Virus record (IMG/VR): IMGVR_UViG_3300049489_000902
Span: 1 to 62,272 of that record
Reading direction: 5' to 3' (one strand)
DNA from: a virus
Lineage: Duplodnaviria; Caudoviricetes
DNA: 62,272 nucleotides
Part shown: one piece after another, positions 21,622 to 30,132 of the stretch
Numbering within the stretch: the first letter of the stretch is position 1
Layout: each line of letters opens with the position of its first letter
Notes under the pieces: model-generated
Seen by the model: the letters and a program-made list of their open reading frames with translations, nothing else
Databases searched by the model: none
Told to the model about the DNA's origin: nothing
Program-made: the position numbers and the translations under genes

Positions 21622-23046
21622 TTAAGCTATATTTAAATATGTCGCTCTACAAACTGCTGTCCAATTTGTTTGGTTTCCAGAATTGTCTTTACCTGTATAA
21701 ACCTTAACATACATTCTATATGCGTACATTTGTATCTGTATCGTCGGGACTTCCCATGATGCATTTAATGGATTCGTTAATATTACTGTTGAATTTGCTA
21801 TTCCACCAGGCTCCAAAAATGTATTTACTGTATTTGATTTTAATTCTATTACAGTGCCACTATAATTCTTAAAAGCCCTAACAGTTTTCCAAACCATACA
21901 TTCATGATCAGGCGTTCCATATAAATTAGATCCAGTAACAGTTAAATCTAATGTAAGTACCATATTGCTAGGAATATTAAATGACATTAATGGTTGAATG
22001 CCAGCCATAACACCAGCATACGAATTAGAATATTCCACAATATGATTTAAATTAGTTATAGGTTCATATTCAATATTTGTTTGGTTTATAGCCCATGAAG
22101 ATGGGTTATTTAGTGTTCCAACTTCAAATACTTTGTTCTGCTCATTCCTAATCATTGGCTTTCCACCATTAGAATATAATGAAAAACCTCCAACTGGTTG
22201 ACCTGTTGGTTCAGCCAAACAATCTTTAACAAAAATAGTATAATTACCTAAATGACCACCATAAACATTTGATGTTGTGACTTGATCTTTTCCGCATAAA
22301 GATAATACTTGATTGCTATTGGTTCCTATTGGTCCAGCTTGAACTAAATTATATCCAGATGATTTAAGACAAATATTACCGTCAAGAGTTGCACCTGTAC
22401 CTGAATATAAATCAAGATTTCCACCAGTACTATTTGCAAAATCAGAGCTTTGAGCTGCTATTGATAAATTATTTGCTACTAATAATGAGTTTGATTTATC
22501 TTGTTCTATTATTGGTCTTGTGACATTTTGATTAAATAGAACTGTCTGCGCAGTTACATTTGAAACATAACCTGTATACGTAGCTCCATTAAAATAATAA
22601 TTACCAAATGAACCACTTATATTAAGAACTTTTTGTGTTAATGCTGTTCCTGATAAATCTCCAGCAAAAGTTACCGCAATATTTTGTGGTTCCCAATATG
22701 ATCCTGACCAAGTTAATGCTTGTCCTACACTTGGAGCTAAATTATTTATTGGTCTTCCTTGTAATCTTAATACAGAAACATTTGTTGCAGTGCCACCAAT
22801 ATCTCCGTTTAATTGAATTAACCCTAAAGAACTTGTAGTAGCATTAGGAGTTACTGTTTCTACTTTTTGTTTTAATTTAGTAATAGCAGAATAAACATTA
22901 GTAGCTACATATCCATCAATTGTAATAGACGGATTTAGTTCAATTGATTGACCTGAATGCCTTAAACTAGGGTCCGCTCCTGTTAAATGATTTTGAAAAT
23001 CATATCTATCAAAAGCTAATCTGCCAATGCCATTAATAAAATCCAT
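21622..23046 (-). CDS. Fibre-like virion protein
   Basis: ATTSSLGLIQLNGDIGGTA and AGDLSGTA repeats, GQALTWSGSYWEP fibre motif. Confidence 0.55.
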   Translation of the reverse strand: MDFINGIGRLAFDRYDFQNHLTGADPSLRHSGQSIELNPSITIDGYVATNVYSAITKLKQKVETVTPNATTSSLGLIQLNGDIGGTATNVSVLRLQGRPINNLAPSVGQALTWSGSYWEPQNIAVTFAGDLSGTALTQKVLNISGSFGNYYFNGATYTGYVSNVTAQTVLFNQNVTRPIIEQDKSNSLLVANNLSIAAQSSDFANSTGGNLDLYSGTGATLDGNICLKSSGYNLVQAGPIGTNSNQVLSLCGKDQVTTSNVYGGHLGNYTIFVKDCLAEPTGQPVGGFSLYSNGGKPMIRNEQNKVFEVGTLNNPSSWAINQTNIEYEPITNLNHIVEYSNSYAGVMAGIQPLMSFNIPSNMVLTLDLTVTGSNLYGTPDHECMVWKTVRAFKNYSGTVIELKSNTVNTFLEPGGIANSTVILTNPLNASWEVPTIQIQMYAYRMYVKVYTGKDNSGNQTNWTAVCRATYLNIA

Positions 23047-23052
23047 ATTTTC

Positions 23053-24627
23053 CTACAAAAGGCTGTGAACGTGCCCTAGCACATTTTCTACGATTAAATT
23101 ACCATTAACTAATTTAATGCTATGATTATGACCTTGAGCAACTTCTGTTAATTGAACAAATCCACCATTCTCATTTACTATGATCTTATGAGTATGTGGT
23201 AATATATGTGGTCCTGAAGCAATTCCTAAATTAATTTTTTCAGGGAACTTAGATGTATTAGTTCTTACTGGTATTTGATATGCTATATCAGTTTTTCTTA
23301 TCCTCTGTACTCTAAACTTCTGTGCTCCCATTAACCTATTTAATAATTTATTTCTTGTTACAGATATTACTTCATACCTAAATTCTTCATTATCATCTTG
23401 ATCATATCTAACTATAATATCCCTATCTTTTATAGTAGGAACAGTCAATGTCCAAAATTCAGTAGAAAATTCAGACTCTAATCCTGAATCTGTATTTTTT
23501 ACATCATCTTCAGCAGGAGATGCTCTCATCAAAATTCTTCCATCTGATCTATAATACATTCCTGGATTATGATATTGTTCATATCCTAATACATATCCTG
23601 TTCCATAACATTTTGGACATCTTTCTTCAGGATACTCTCTGTTAGGAAGAAAACAAGCACATCGTATTCCTGTCCAATTTCTTTTTAATAATACTATAGG
23701 CTCACCAGTTAATACTAACTGTTGCTCTAATCTTTGATTAGATTGCTCTTGAACTGATAATCCTCTTAATACTCTTCCTACTCCAGAATATCCATCAGCA
23801 CAAAATTGCTGTCCACCAATATAGCTTCCTACACAACCTCCATTTAATAACAATACAGGATCTGTCCTATGCCATCCAACTCCATCATATGAATTAAAAT
23901 CTTGATTATATTCATCACTTGATGTTAAATCTGTAGTTAAATTATCTTGTATTGTTTGCTTATACCCATCTGTTGCTGTATAAGCATATTCAGCAAATTC
24001 AAATCTACTTTGACAAACTACTACTTTATCATAATTTCTATCTTCTTTAAAATATAAAGAAATATTTGTATTTAAATATTCATAGCCATCAAAGCCATCT
24101 GTATTATGAATTGTAGCTGTTGTATTATTATAACCTCTTTGAGCAGTTGAACTTAATACTAAATTGTTATTTAAAGAATCCTTAGATAAATAATTAACTA
24201 ATTCTTTACCTATTTTTATTATTCCTGATGTAGGAAATTCAGATACATCAACCATTGGGATTATTGTTGATATTTCAGAAATATTTGATCTTAAAACTGA
24301 TGTTGGTGGAATTTTTAAATTGTCATAAGCTGTAATTAAATCGTCATAACTTGTAATAAAATTGTCATACTCAAATGGACGAACTAGGAAATGATAAACT
24401 GTTCCTGGGCTTAAATCTTTTATCGTTGCTTCATATCCATCAGTAATGAATTTTGTTCCTTCAGATACTACATCAGCTCCAAAAATAGAATAATAAATAT
24501 TATAAGCTAATTTATTGGAAGATAAATCTGGATACATCTTTGTCCAATTTAAATATATTTCGGTTCCATTTCCAAGAGAAGATGCTTCTTGTAAACCGAA
24601 TATTACAGGTGACAAAGGATGAGTCAT
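23053..24627 (-). CDS. Neck/head-closure protein with N-terminal FN3-like domain and Cys cluster
   Basis: LNW...YNIYYS...DLSPGTVYHFLVR (FN3-like); RCAC...CPKCYGTGY; C-terminal H-x-H repeats. Confidence 0.5.
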   Translation of the reverse strand: MTHPLSPVIFGLQEASSLGNGTEIYLNWTKMYPDLSSNKLAYNIYYSIFGADVVSEGTKFITDGYEATIKDLSPGTVYHFLVRPFEYDNFITSYDDLITAYDNLKIPPTSVLRSNISEISTIIPMVDVSEFPTSGIIKIGKELVNYLSKDSLNNNLVLSSTAQRGYNNTTATIHNTDGFDGYEYLNTNISLYFKEDRNYDKVVVCQSRFEFAEYAYTATDGYKQTIQDNLTTDLTSSDEYNQDFNSYDGVGWHRTDPVLLLNGGCVGSYIGGQQFCADGYSGVGRVLRGLSVQEQSNQRLEQQLVLTGEPIVLLKRNWTGIRCACFLPNREYPEERCPKCYGTGYVLGYEQYHNPGMYYRSDGRILMRASPAEDDVKNTDSGLESEFSTEFWTLTVPTIKDRDIIVRYDQDDNEEFRYEVISVTRNKLLNRLMGAQKFRVQRIRKTDIAYQIPVRTNTSKFPEKINLGIASGPHILPHTHKIIVNENGGFVQLTEVAQGHNHSIKLVNGNLIVENVLGHVHSLL

Positions 24628-25377
24628 GTAATTATATTACTTTATCCTTAGATATTAGTGATCAAGATATTTAGTATTAACTTGTTAATGATCTTATCTT
24701 ATATTACTTATTATGATCCTATGATCTTATCATTGTACCTGTACTACTGCTTTTGTAACAACTAGTAGATAGTAGTAGTTAGATCTCCCCCGCTCTCTAT
24801 AAGATCTGCCCCCATAGCTTTGTCAAGATCTTGTTCGTTTACTATTTAGGCTTTTTATTATTATTTATCTTATTGACATTAATTATCTGCTTATTTTGCC
24901 TACTAATCTGAGTTTGTTACCAACCTGCAATCTAAGTCAGGACTGAAACATATTTTTAAAGACACCTGGCTGCCATTCTAAAAATGTTTTGGGCAGTACC
25001 CTAGGCAAGGACCCATTCTTCTATCAAAACGATTTGTGACGGTTTGTTTGAGCGCAATTCAACAATCTGATGCTCCTAAAATCGAAATGAACTAGATCTT
25101 GACAAATCGCTGGGGAGATCTCGTAGAGGGGTAGTACATTAAGATCTGACTTATCTACTAGTTGTTCAAATTAACTTATATTATCCTATGATCTTAATAC
25201 CTAATATAATCATACAGTTTAAGATACTGACTCTAAGATCCTGATCATCACTCAGAACCAAAACACATTTTTAAACCCATCTAGATTCAATTCTAAAAAT
25301 AGATAACCATCAACCATAGGCAAGGTGACCTGGGCTATCTAAAACGATTCCAGCATGGCAAATCAAAGGATTTCAGT
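24628..25377. repeat. Non-coding region with long imperfect inverted repeat, ~89-bp imperfect direct repeat and 13 GATC sites
   Basis: IR arms 24757-24771/25152-25166 (15/15) and 24819-24840/25085-25106 (20/22); direct repeat 24946-25034/25261-25349; no ORF >=60 aa in the track. Confidence 0.8.
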
Positions 25378-25845
25378 TTAAATCTTAGATAACAAAATAT
25401 CTTTTTTATCATCTTTATTTACAGGATCATGATATTCAAGTAAATCATCAATATATTCTTCAGCATCTTCAGGAGATTGTTCATCTGATAAAAATTTAAC
25501 TTGATTTTGAAATCCTTCTTGTTCATTAGGATCATTTAAATAATCTTCATCAGAAACTTTATTTGTTGGTTTATCTTGAAAACATTGTTGTAATACATGT
25601 GTAATCTCATGTACCAAATAAGAAATATCCTTAATAATATCTTTATTCCTAAGTAATTTATAATTAAGAGTAATTATTCCATGATTAGTTTTAGCTGTAA
25701 CATCTAGCTTGCCAAATCTAATAGGAATATAATCTAAAATATCTAAATCCACATCATATTCTTTAAACAAATCAATAATGACTTTATTAGTTTTGAGATA
25801 TTTTTTAATTTTATTAATGAGTTGAAGTTCAAGAGAATGGTTCAC
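25378..25845 (-). CDS. Zincin-like metallopeptidase (HExxH)
   Basis: YLVHEITHVLQ followed by DYLNDPNEQEG. Confidence 0.6.
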   Translation of the reverse strand: MNHSLELQLINKIKKYLKTNKVIIDLFKEYDVDLDILDYIPIRFGKLDVTAKTNHGIITLNYKLLRNKDIIKDISYLVHEITHVLQQCFQDKPTNKVSDEDYLNDPNEQEGFQNQVKFLSDEQSPEDAEEYIDDLLEYHDPVNKDDKKDILLSKI

Positions 25846-26735
25846 ATGATCCTTCTTTCTCTTAACAATCTCATATTTCTAACTGTAGGATTATTATTGG
25901 AGAATGTAAAAGTACCTAATCCTAAAGCAGAAGGTCTTAAAGAATTCTTAATGTTTTTCAATGTTTCAGTATATACAGTTAACATTGAAGTATATTGAGT
26001 ATTTAACATTTCAGAAACTGTAGGGGGTTGGAAAGAAAGTGAATTATCAGTAATTTGAAATTCTCTTCCTCTTTCAATTAATGCCATTGAAGATAAGGCA
26101 TATAATACAGCGCCTTGAACAATTATTTCTCCAAATTGAGCAACGAATCCATCATCATCAAATTGAAATGAAGTAAAAAATGGAATTGAATTAAAATGAG
26201 ATAATGCCATAGCTAAAAATGTAGTTAACATTTCTATAGAATAAATATCACAATCAATATAAATAACATTTCCGTAAGAATCTGTAGCTTTTGTTTTACC
26301 TGATGAATTTAATCTTTGTTTCATCATTTTTATCATGAAATTAATATTTCTAATAGCTTCTTGAGAATATGAAAAACCAGGATCATCACCTAATTTCATA
26401 TAGCCATCAGAATTAATTCCAGGCATTTGAGTACCAGAAACTATAAATTGAAAACCTTGTTCATAAACATTTCCACCAATGGTGGCTTTCCAATAATCAG
26501 CCCAAACACCATAAGGTCCATTATATGGAATTGTAAGAATATAAGAATAATTACCTACACCAATTTGAGTAACACCAACGCTAGTATAAGCTAAACCAAC
26601 AGTTCCAGAAGGATTAATTAAAGAAATCTGAGGAAAAAAGTCTACATTTATTGGAGTACCAGTAGAATCTTTAAGCTGAACAGTTAAATTAATTTGTTCA
26701 GTAACATTAACGAATTCTCCTCTAGCTTTAATCAT
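25842..26735 (-). CDS. Head-tail adaptor/neck protein
   Basis: Start moved to ATG 26735 (GGAG upstream); Ig-like N-terminus, then LAMALSHFNSIP...FQITDNSLSF; position between head and tail genes. Confidence 0.5.
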   Translation of the reverse strand: MIKARGEFVNVTEQINLTVQLKDSTGTPINVDFFPQISLINPSGTVGLAYTSVGVTQIGVGNYSYILTIPYNGPYGVWADYWKATIGGNVYEQGFQFIVSGTQMPGINSDGYMKLGDDPGFSYSQEAIRNINFMIKMMKQRLNSSGKTKATDSYGNVIYIDCDIYSIEMLTTFLAMALSHFNSIPFFTSFQFDDDGFVAQFGEIIVQGAVLYALSSMALIERGREFQITDNSLSFQPPTVSEMLNTQYTSMLTVYTETLKNIKNSLRPSALGLGTFTFSNNNPTVRNMRLLRERRIM

Positions 26736-26774
26736 ATTGTTCTCCATATATATGCTAATAGTTGCATTCTTTGT

Positions 26775-27119
26775 ATGGCAAAAGAATTTTGGATAATTAA
26801 TCATTCATCTAGTGATATTAGTTTAGATGATTTAAATTATACAATAAAATCAAGAAAGATTGTTAATCTACTTGATAAGAGACACTTTGATATAACTGAA
26901 GACCAAATATTACAATCTATTACAAGTGGCTGCATTTATAGACGAAGAGATAAGATTAAAATACGAGTTAGTGGACCTGAAGTAAAAAAAGATGAGCCGA
27001 ATATCTCAAATAATCCACTAATAGATAGATCAAGGTCAGTGTATGAACAAAAGACACAATATTTTGATGAACTTAAAGTTGATGATTTAGAGTTCATTGA
27101 AGCAAACATTGAGAGTTAA
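26775..27119 (+). CDS. Hypothetical protein
   Basis: Likely start ATG 26775 (MAKEFWIIN), which avoids overlap with the opposite-strand gene. Confidence 0.6.
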   Translation: MAKEFWIINHSSSDISLDDLNYTIKSRKIVNLLDKRHFDITEDQILQSITSGCIYRRRDKIKIRVSGPEVKKDEPNISNNPLIDRSRSVYEQKTQYFDELKVDDLEFIEANIES

Positions 27120-27121
27120 CT

Positions 27122-27277
27122 ATGGATTCACCTGAATATACTCCTAGACATTCTAATTTAGATGATCTTCTAGCCGAATATAGAAAACTAAATGAAAAAT
27201 GCGATGATATTCTTATTACTATAACTAATAAGAAAAATGCTAAAAGAAAAAGGAGAAATTCTATAATGGAGGAATGA
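27122..27277 (+). CDS. Small hypothetical protein (51 aa)
   Basis: Manual translation MDSPEYTPRHSNLDDLLAEYRKLNEKCDDILITITNKKNAKRKRRNSIMEE; fills the gap between plus-strand genes. Confidence 0.55.
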   Translation: MDSPEYTPRHSNLDDLLAEYRKLNEKCDDILITITNKKNAKRKRRNSIMEE

Positions 27278-27278
27278 A

Positions 27279-27734
27279 ATGAGCGTATCATATACTAGAA
27301 ACGAACTTAATAAAATAAAAGATATTAAAGAAGAACAAGTGTTTGATAAACAAAGTTCTAGTAATATTGCTATGCCTAAACAAGCTTTATCTAAACAAGA
27401 TTTAGAATTAGTTTTAGAAGTTAATAAAAAATCCATAGAAATAAACAATGCTGTATTAGTTGCTAATGATGAAATTCAAACTACTTTAGAAACTTATAAA
27501 GAAGAATTTAAAGCAACTAAAAAATTAATAGTTGAAAGTCATAATAAATTAAGTGATAAAATAGCTGAATTAGATAAAAAAACAATAGAAACAAATATCT
27601 TAAAAGAAAAAATAATAAAAACACATGAGCTGACAGAAAAGTTTGACAGAGATATGTTCAAGCTAATGGTTTTAATTAGCACAGGTGCTATTGGTTTAAT
27701 ATTACAAGTAATTCAAATGTTAATGAAAAAGTAG
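27279..27734 (+). CDS. Coiled-coil protein with C-terminal transmembrane segment (possible lysis accessory)
   Basis: GGAGG RBS; C-terminal LMVLISTGAIGLILQVIQML; directly upstream of the muralytic enzyme. Confidence 0.55.
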   Translation: MSVSYTRNELNKIKDIKEEQVFDKQSSSNIAMPKQALSKQDLELVLEVNKKSIEINNAVLVANDEIQTTLETYKEEFKATKKLIVESHNKLSDKIAELDKKTIETNILKEKIIKTHELTEKFDRDMFKLMVLISTGAIGLILQVIQMLMKK

Positions 27735-27740
27735 GTTTAT

Positions 27741-28424
27741 ATGCCAAGTATAAAAGATCAATTATATTTAGAACCAGTTAAAAATGTAGTTTCAGAAAAA
27801 GACATGGCTACAGCATTAAGAAATGCTTATAAATTAGTTTTCAATAAATATTGTTCAAATGAAACATTATCTATACTAATGGCTCATGTCGCTTTAGAAA
27901 CAGGAAGATTTACTAAACAATTAATTTGTTTCAATATAGGTAATATTAAAAGATCTTCTAAACAATTTTGGACTATGTATAGATGCTCAGAGATCTTAGA
28001 TGATAAAGAAATATTCTTTGATCCTCCTCATCCACAAACGCATTTTAGAGCTTATAAATCATTAGAAGAAGCTGCTAAATCTTACATTTTGTTTTTGTTA
28101 AAAGATAGATACGAAATGTCATTAGATTCTTTAATGGCAGGAAAACCTAAAGAATATGCGCATAACCTAAAAATCAATGGTTATTACACTGGAAATGAAG
28201 CTAAATATACAGCAGGAGTTGTTTCTTTAAGTAAAGAATATTTAAAGAAAATTCCTACTTATGGATTAAAAGAAGAACAAGAAATTCCAGTATATATAGA
28301 AATGAAACAAGAAGAAGTAAAATTTACTACTGAAGAAGATCTTCAGCCAATAAAAGTCACTTCTTTCCTTGAATTTATAATTACTTTTATTAGTAATTTA
28401 CTTAAACTGCTTTCACGGAAATAG
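27741..28424 (+). CDS. Glucosaminidase/FlgJ-like (GH73) endolysin
   Basis: ALETG catalytic Glu, FNIGNIK, FRAYKSLEE, GYYT motifs. Confidence 0.75.
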   Translation: MPSIKDQLYLEPVKNVVSEKDMATALRNAYKLVFNKYCSNETLSILMAHVALETGRFTKQLICFNIGNIKRSSKQFWTMYRCSEILDDKEIFFDPPHPQTHFRAYKSLEEAAKSYILFLLKDRYEMSLDSLMAGKPKEYAHNLKINGYYTGNEAKYTAGVVSLSKEYLKKIPTYGLKEEQEIPVYIEMKQEEVKFTTEEDLQPIKVTSFLEFIITFISNLLKLLSRK

Positions 28425-28623
28425 CTTTAGGTAGTCCGTTATTGTTGGTTCCAAGTTCAAAAGAAACTTGCTGACCAGCTTTAAGGTTTTTGTAGCCTGG
28501 CATATCAATATCAGAGAAATGAACAAATAAATCTTTTTGCTTTTCCCCATCAATTGACCAATCAATAAATCCAAAACATGGTGAATTTTGCTTGAAAAAA
28601 ATTACGGTCCCTGTATAAGTCAT
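28402..28623 (-). CDS. Cold-shock domain protein
   Basis: GTVIFF...FGFI...DLFVHFSDI...GYKNLKAGQQVSFE. Confidence 0.9.
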   Translation of the reverse strand: MTYTGTVIFFKQNSPCFGFIDWSIDGEKQKDLFVHFSDIDMPGYKNLKAGQQVSFELGTNNNGLPKAISVKAV

Positions 28624-28886
28624 ACTAAAATTTCCTTTCCATCTTGCCTTATAATTACTTGACCATCAACAGATACACTTCCCTGAGGATCAAATAACTT
28701 AACTACTTCTAAAGCCCCTAATTTCGCCATGTCATCTCTTTCTTTTTTATTTGGACATAACGCCATTAGTCTATCATATTTATTAAATATCATTTGCAAT
28801 TCTTTTTGAAAACCATATTTAATAGCATCACGCATTAATCGTCTTCTTGTTTCTTTTTCTGATAATGGATTGTCTCTTCCTAACAT
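28620..28886 (-). CDS. Hypothetical protein
   Basis: Start moved to ATG 28886 (MLGRDNP) with GGAG upstream. Confidence 0.6.
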   Translation of the reverse strand: MLGRDNPLSEKETRRRLMRDAIKYGFQKELQMIFNKYDRLMALCPNKKERDDMAKLGALEVVKLFDPQGSVSVDGQVIIRQDGKEILV

Positions 28887-28887
28887 A

Positions 28888-29199
28888 TTATTCTCCAAAG
28901 ATCTTTTGATCTTTAACTTTATCTTCAAAATATGCTTCTTTAATACCCGGAACATTACTTATATTATTTATTTCATAAACTAATGTTCTACCATTAGGTA
29001 ATTTAGTAGATGGAAACATACCTATTATTTTAATAATTTTATTATGAATTTTTCCATGGCAAGTAGCACAAACAATAGCTAAGTTTGCATTATCATTTGT
29101 ACATCTAGGATCTGTTCTTTCTATTATATGATGTAAATGTAAAGAATATACTTCTCCACATATTTCGCATTTATCTTTAATTAACTTAACTTTTCTCAA
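28888..29199 (-). CDS. Small HNH endonuclease
   Basis: CEICG...HLHHI...NLAIVCATCHGKIH. Confidence 0.8.
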   Translation of the reverse strand: MRKVKLIKDKCEICGEVYSLHLHHIIERTDPRCTNDNANLAIVCATCHGKIHNKIIKIIGMFPSTKLPNGRTLVYEINNISNVPGIKEAYFEDKVKDQKIFGE

Positions 29200-29663
29200 C
29201 TCATTCCTAATGAAAGTATCTTAGTCAGATTTGTATTATTTAATATTTGAATTAATTGAGCTGCTTGGTCAGGAGTTAATGCAGATCCTGTTGAAACAGT
29301 AATTAAATCAATTAAATTAGATGTTTGTCTTGTAACCAAGACATTATAAGAGCCAATAGTAGGTTGAAGAGGATTGTACCCTCCTTCTCCATAGAAATTT
29401 CCATTAATGGATAATTCATGATTACCTTCATATGGTCTTAATTTCCAATTATTCATAAAGAAGAATGTAGATCCTAAGGCATTTAAACCTACAGTAGGGT
29501 CACCACCTACAACTCTAATTGCCTGTAAATATTTAAAATTATCAGATAATTGAATCCAACGCTTCCAAGCAGAATAAATATCAGCATCAAAATCCAAAGA
29601 AGTTATGCCATTTTCAACAATGACTAACTTATTTGGACCGTCAAATGATACTTTATCAGCCAT
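29196..29663 (-). CDS. Hypothetical virion-associated protein
   Basis: Intact coupled ORF; DIYSAWKRW motif resembles AVYSFAKEEW in 30133..32547. Confidence 0.6.
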   Translation of the reverse strand: MADKVSFDGPNKLVIVENGITSLDFDADIYSAWKRWIQLSDNFKYLQAIRVVGGDPTVGLNALGSTFFFMNNWKLRPYEGNHELSINGNFYGEGGYNPLQPTIGSYNVLVTRQTSNLIDLITVSTGSALTPDQAAQLIQILNNTNLTKILSLGMS

Positions 29664-30070
29664 TAAATACCTTGGTTAGTAAAAGCAGGAGGATCGCAAA
29701 ATCTTTTACCAGTTTGTTTATCAAGAATAACTTGACCATCCCATTCAATTGCATCAATTATTTTTAAAGGATCTTTTGATGAAACATCCCATGTAAAACT
29801 AAAATTATCCCAAGTCATACCAACGGCAAATTGCAATTCAAACCATTTCTTTAAACCTAAATCATATTCAGATTTGCCTTCTCTTATTCTAAATATTCTA
29901 TATCTTATTTGTTTTCTAACTACTCTAGTATATTTTTTCATTGGCTCAGATAATGTTTTATATTGTTCGCCAACTTGAACTTTCCATTTTTCTAAACTTT
30001 CATTATCTTTAAATTGAGCATCAGTTACTTGAATAATCAATTGCTGCATTTCAGTTGATGTATGTTCCAT
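29663..30070 (-). CDS. Hypothetical protein
   Basis: Intact ORF coupled to its neighbour. Confidence 0.6.
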   Translation of the reverse strand: MEHTSTEMQQLIIQVTDAQFKDNESLEKWKVQVGEQYKTLSEPMKKYTRVVRKQIRYRIFRIREGKSEYDLGLKKWFELQFAVGMTWDNFSFTWDVSSKDPLKIIDAIEWDGQVILDKQTGKRFCDPPAFTNQGI

Positions 30071-30090
30071 TATTTTACCTTACTATAAAT

Positions 30091-30126
30091 ATAACAATCC
30101 CTGCTAAAAATAACAGGGATTGTTAT
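30091..30126. terminator. Hairpin/terminator after 30133..32547
   Basis: ATAACAATCCCTG-N10-CAGGGATTGTTAT perfect 13-bp stem. Confidence 0.65.
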
Positions 30127-30132
30127 TAAAAA

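Noticed and set aside
24628-25377. tRNA genes in the non-coding gap
   Set aside because: No cloverleaf with a T-loop GTTCRA in the proper context could be identified by eye
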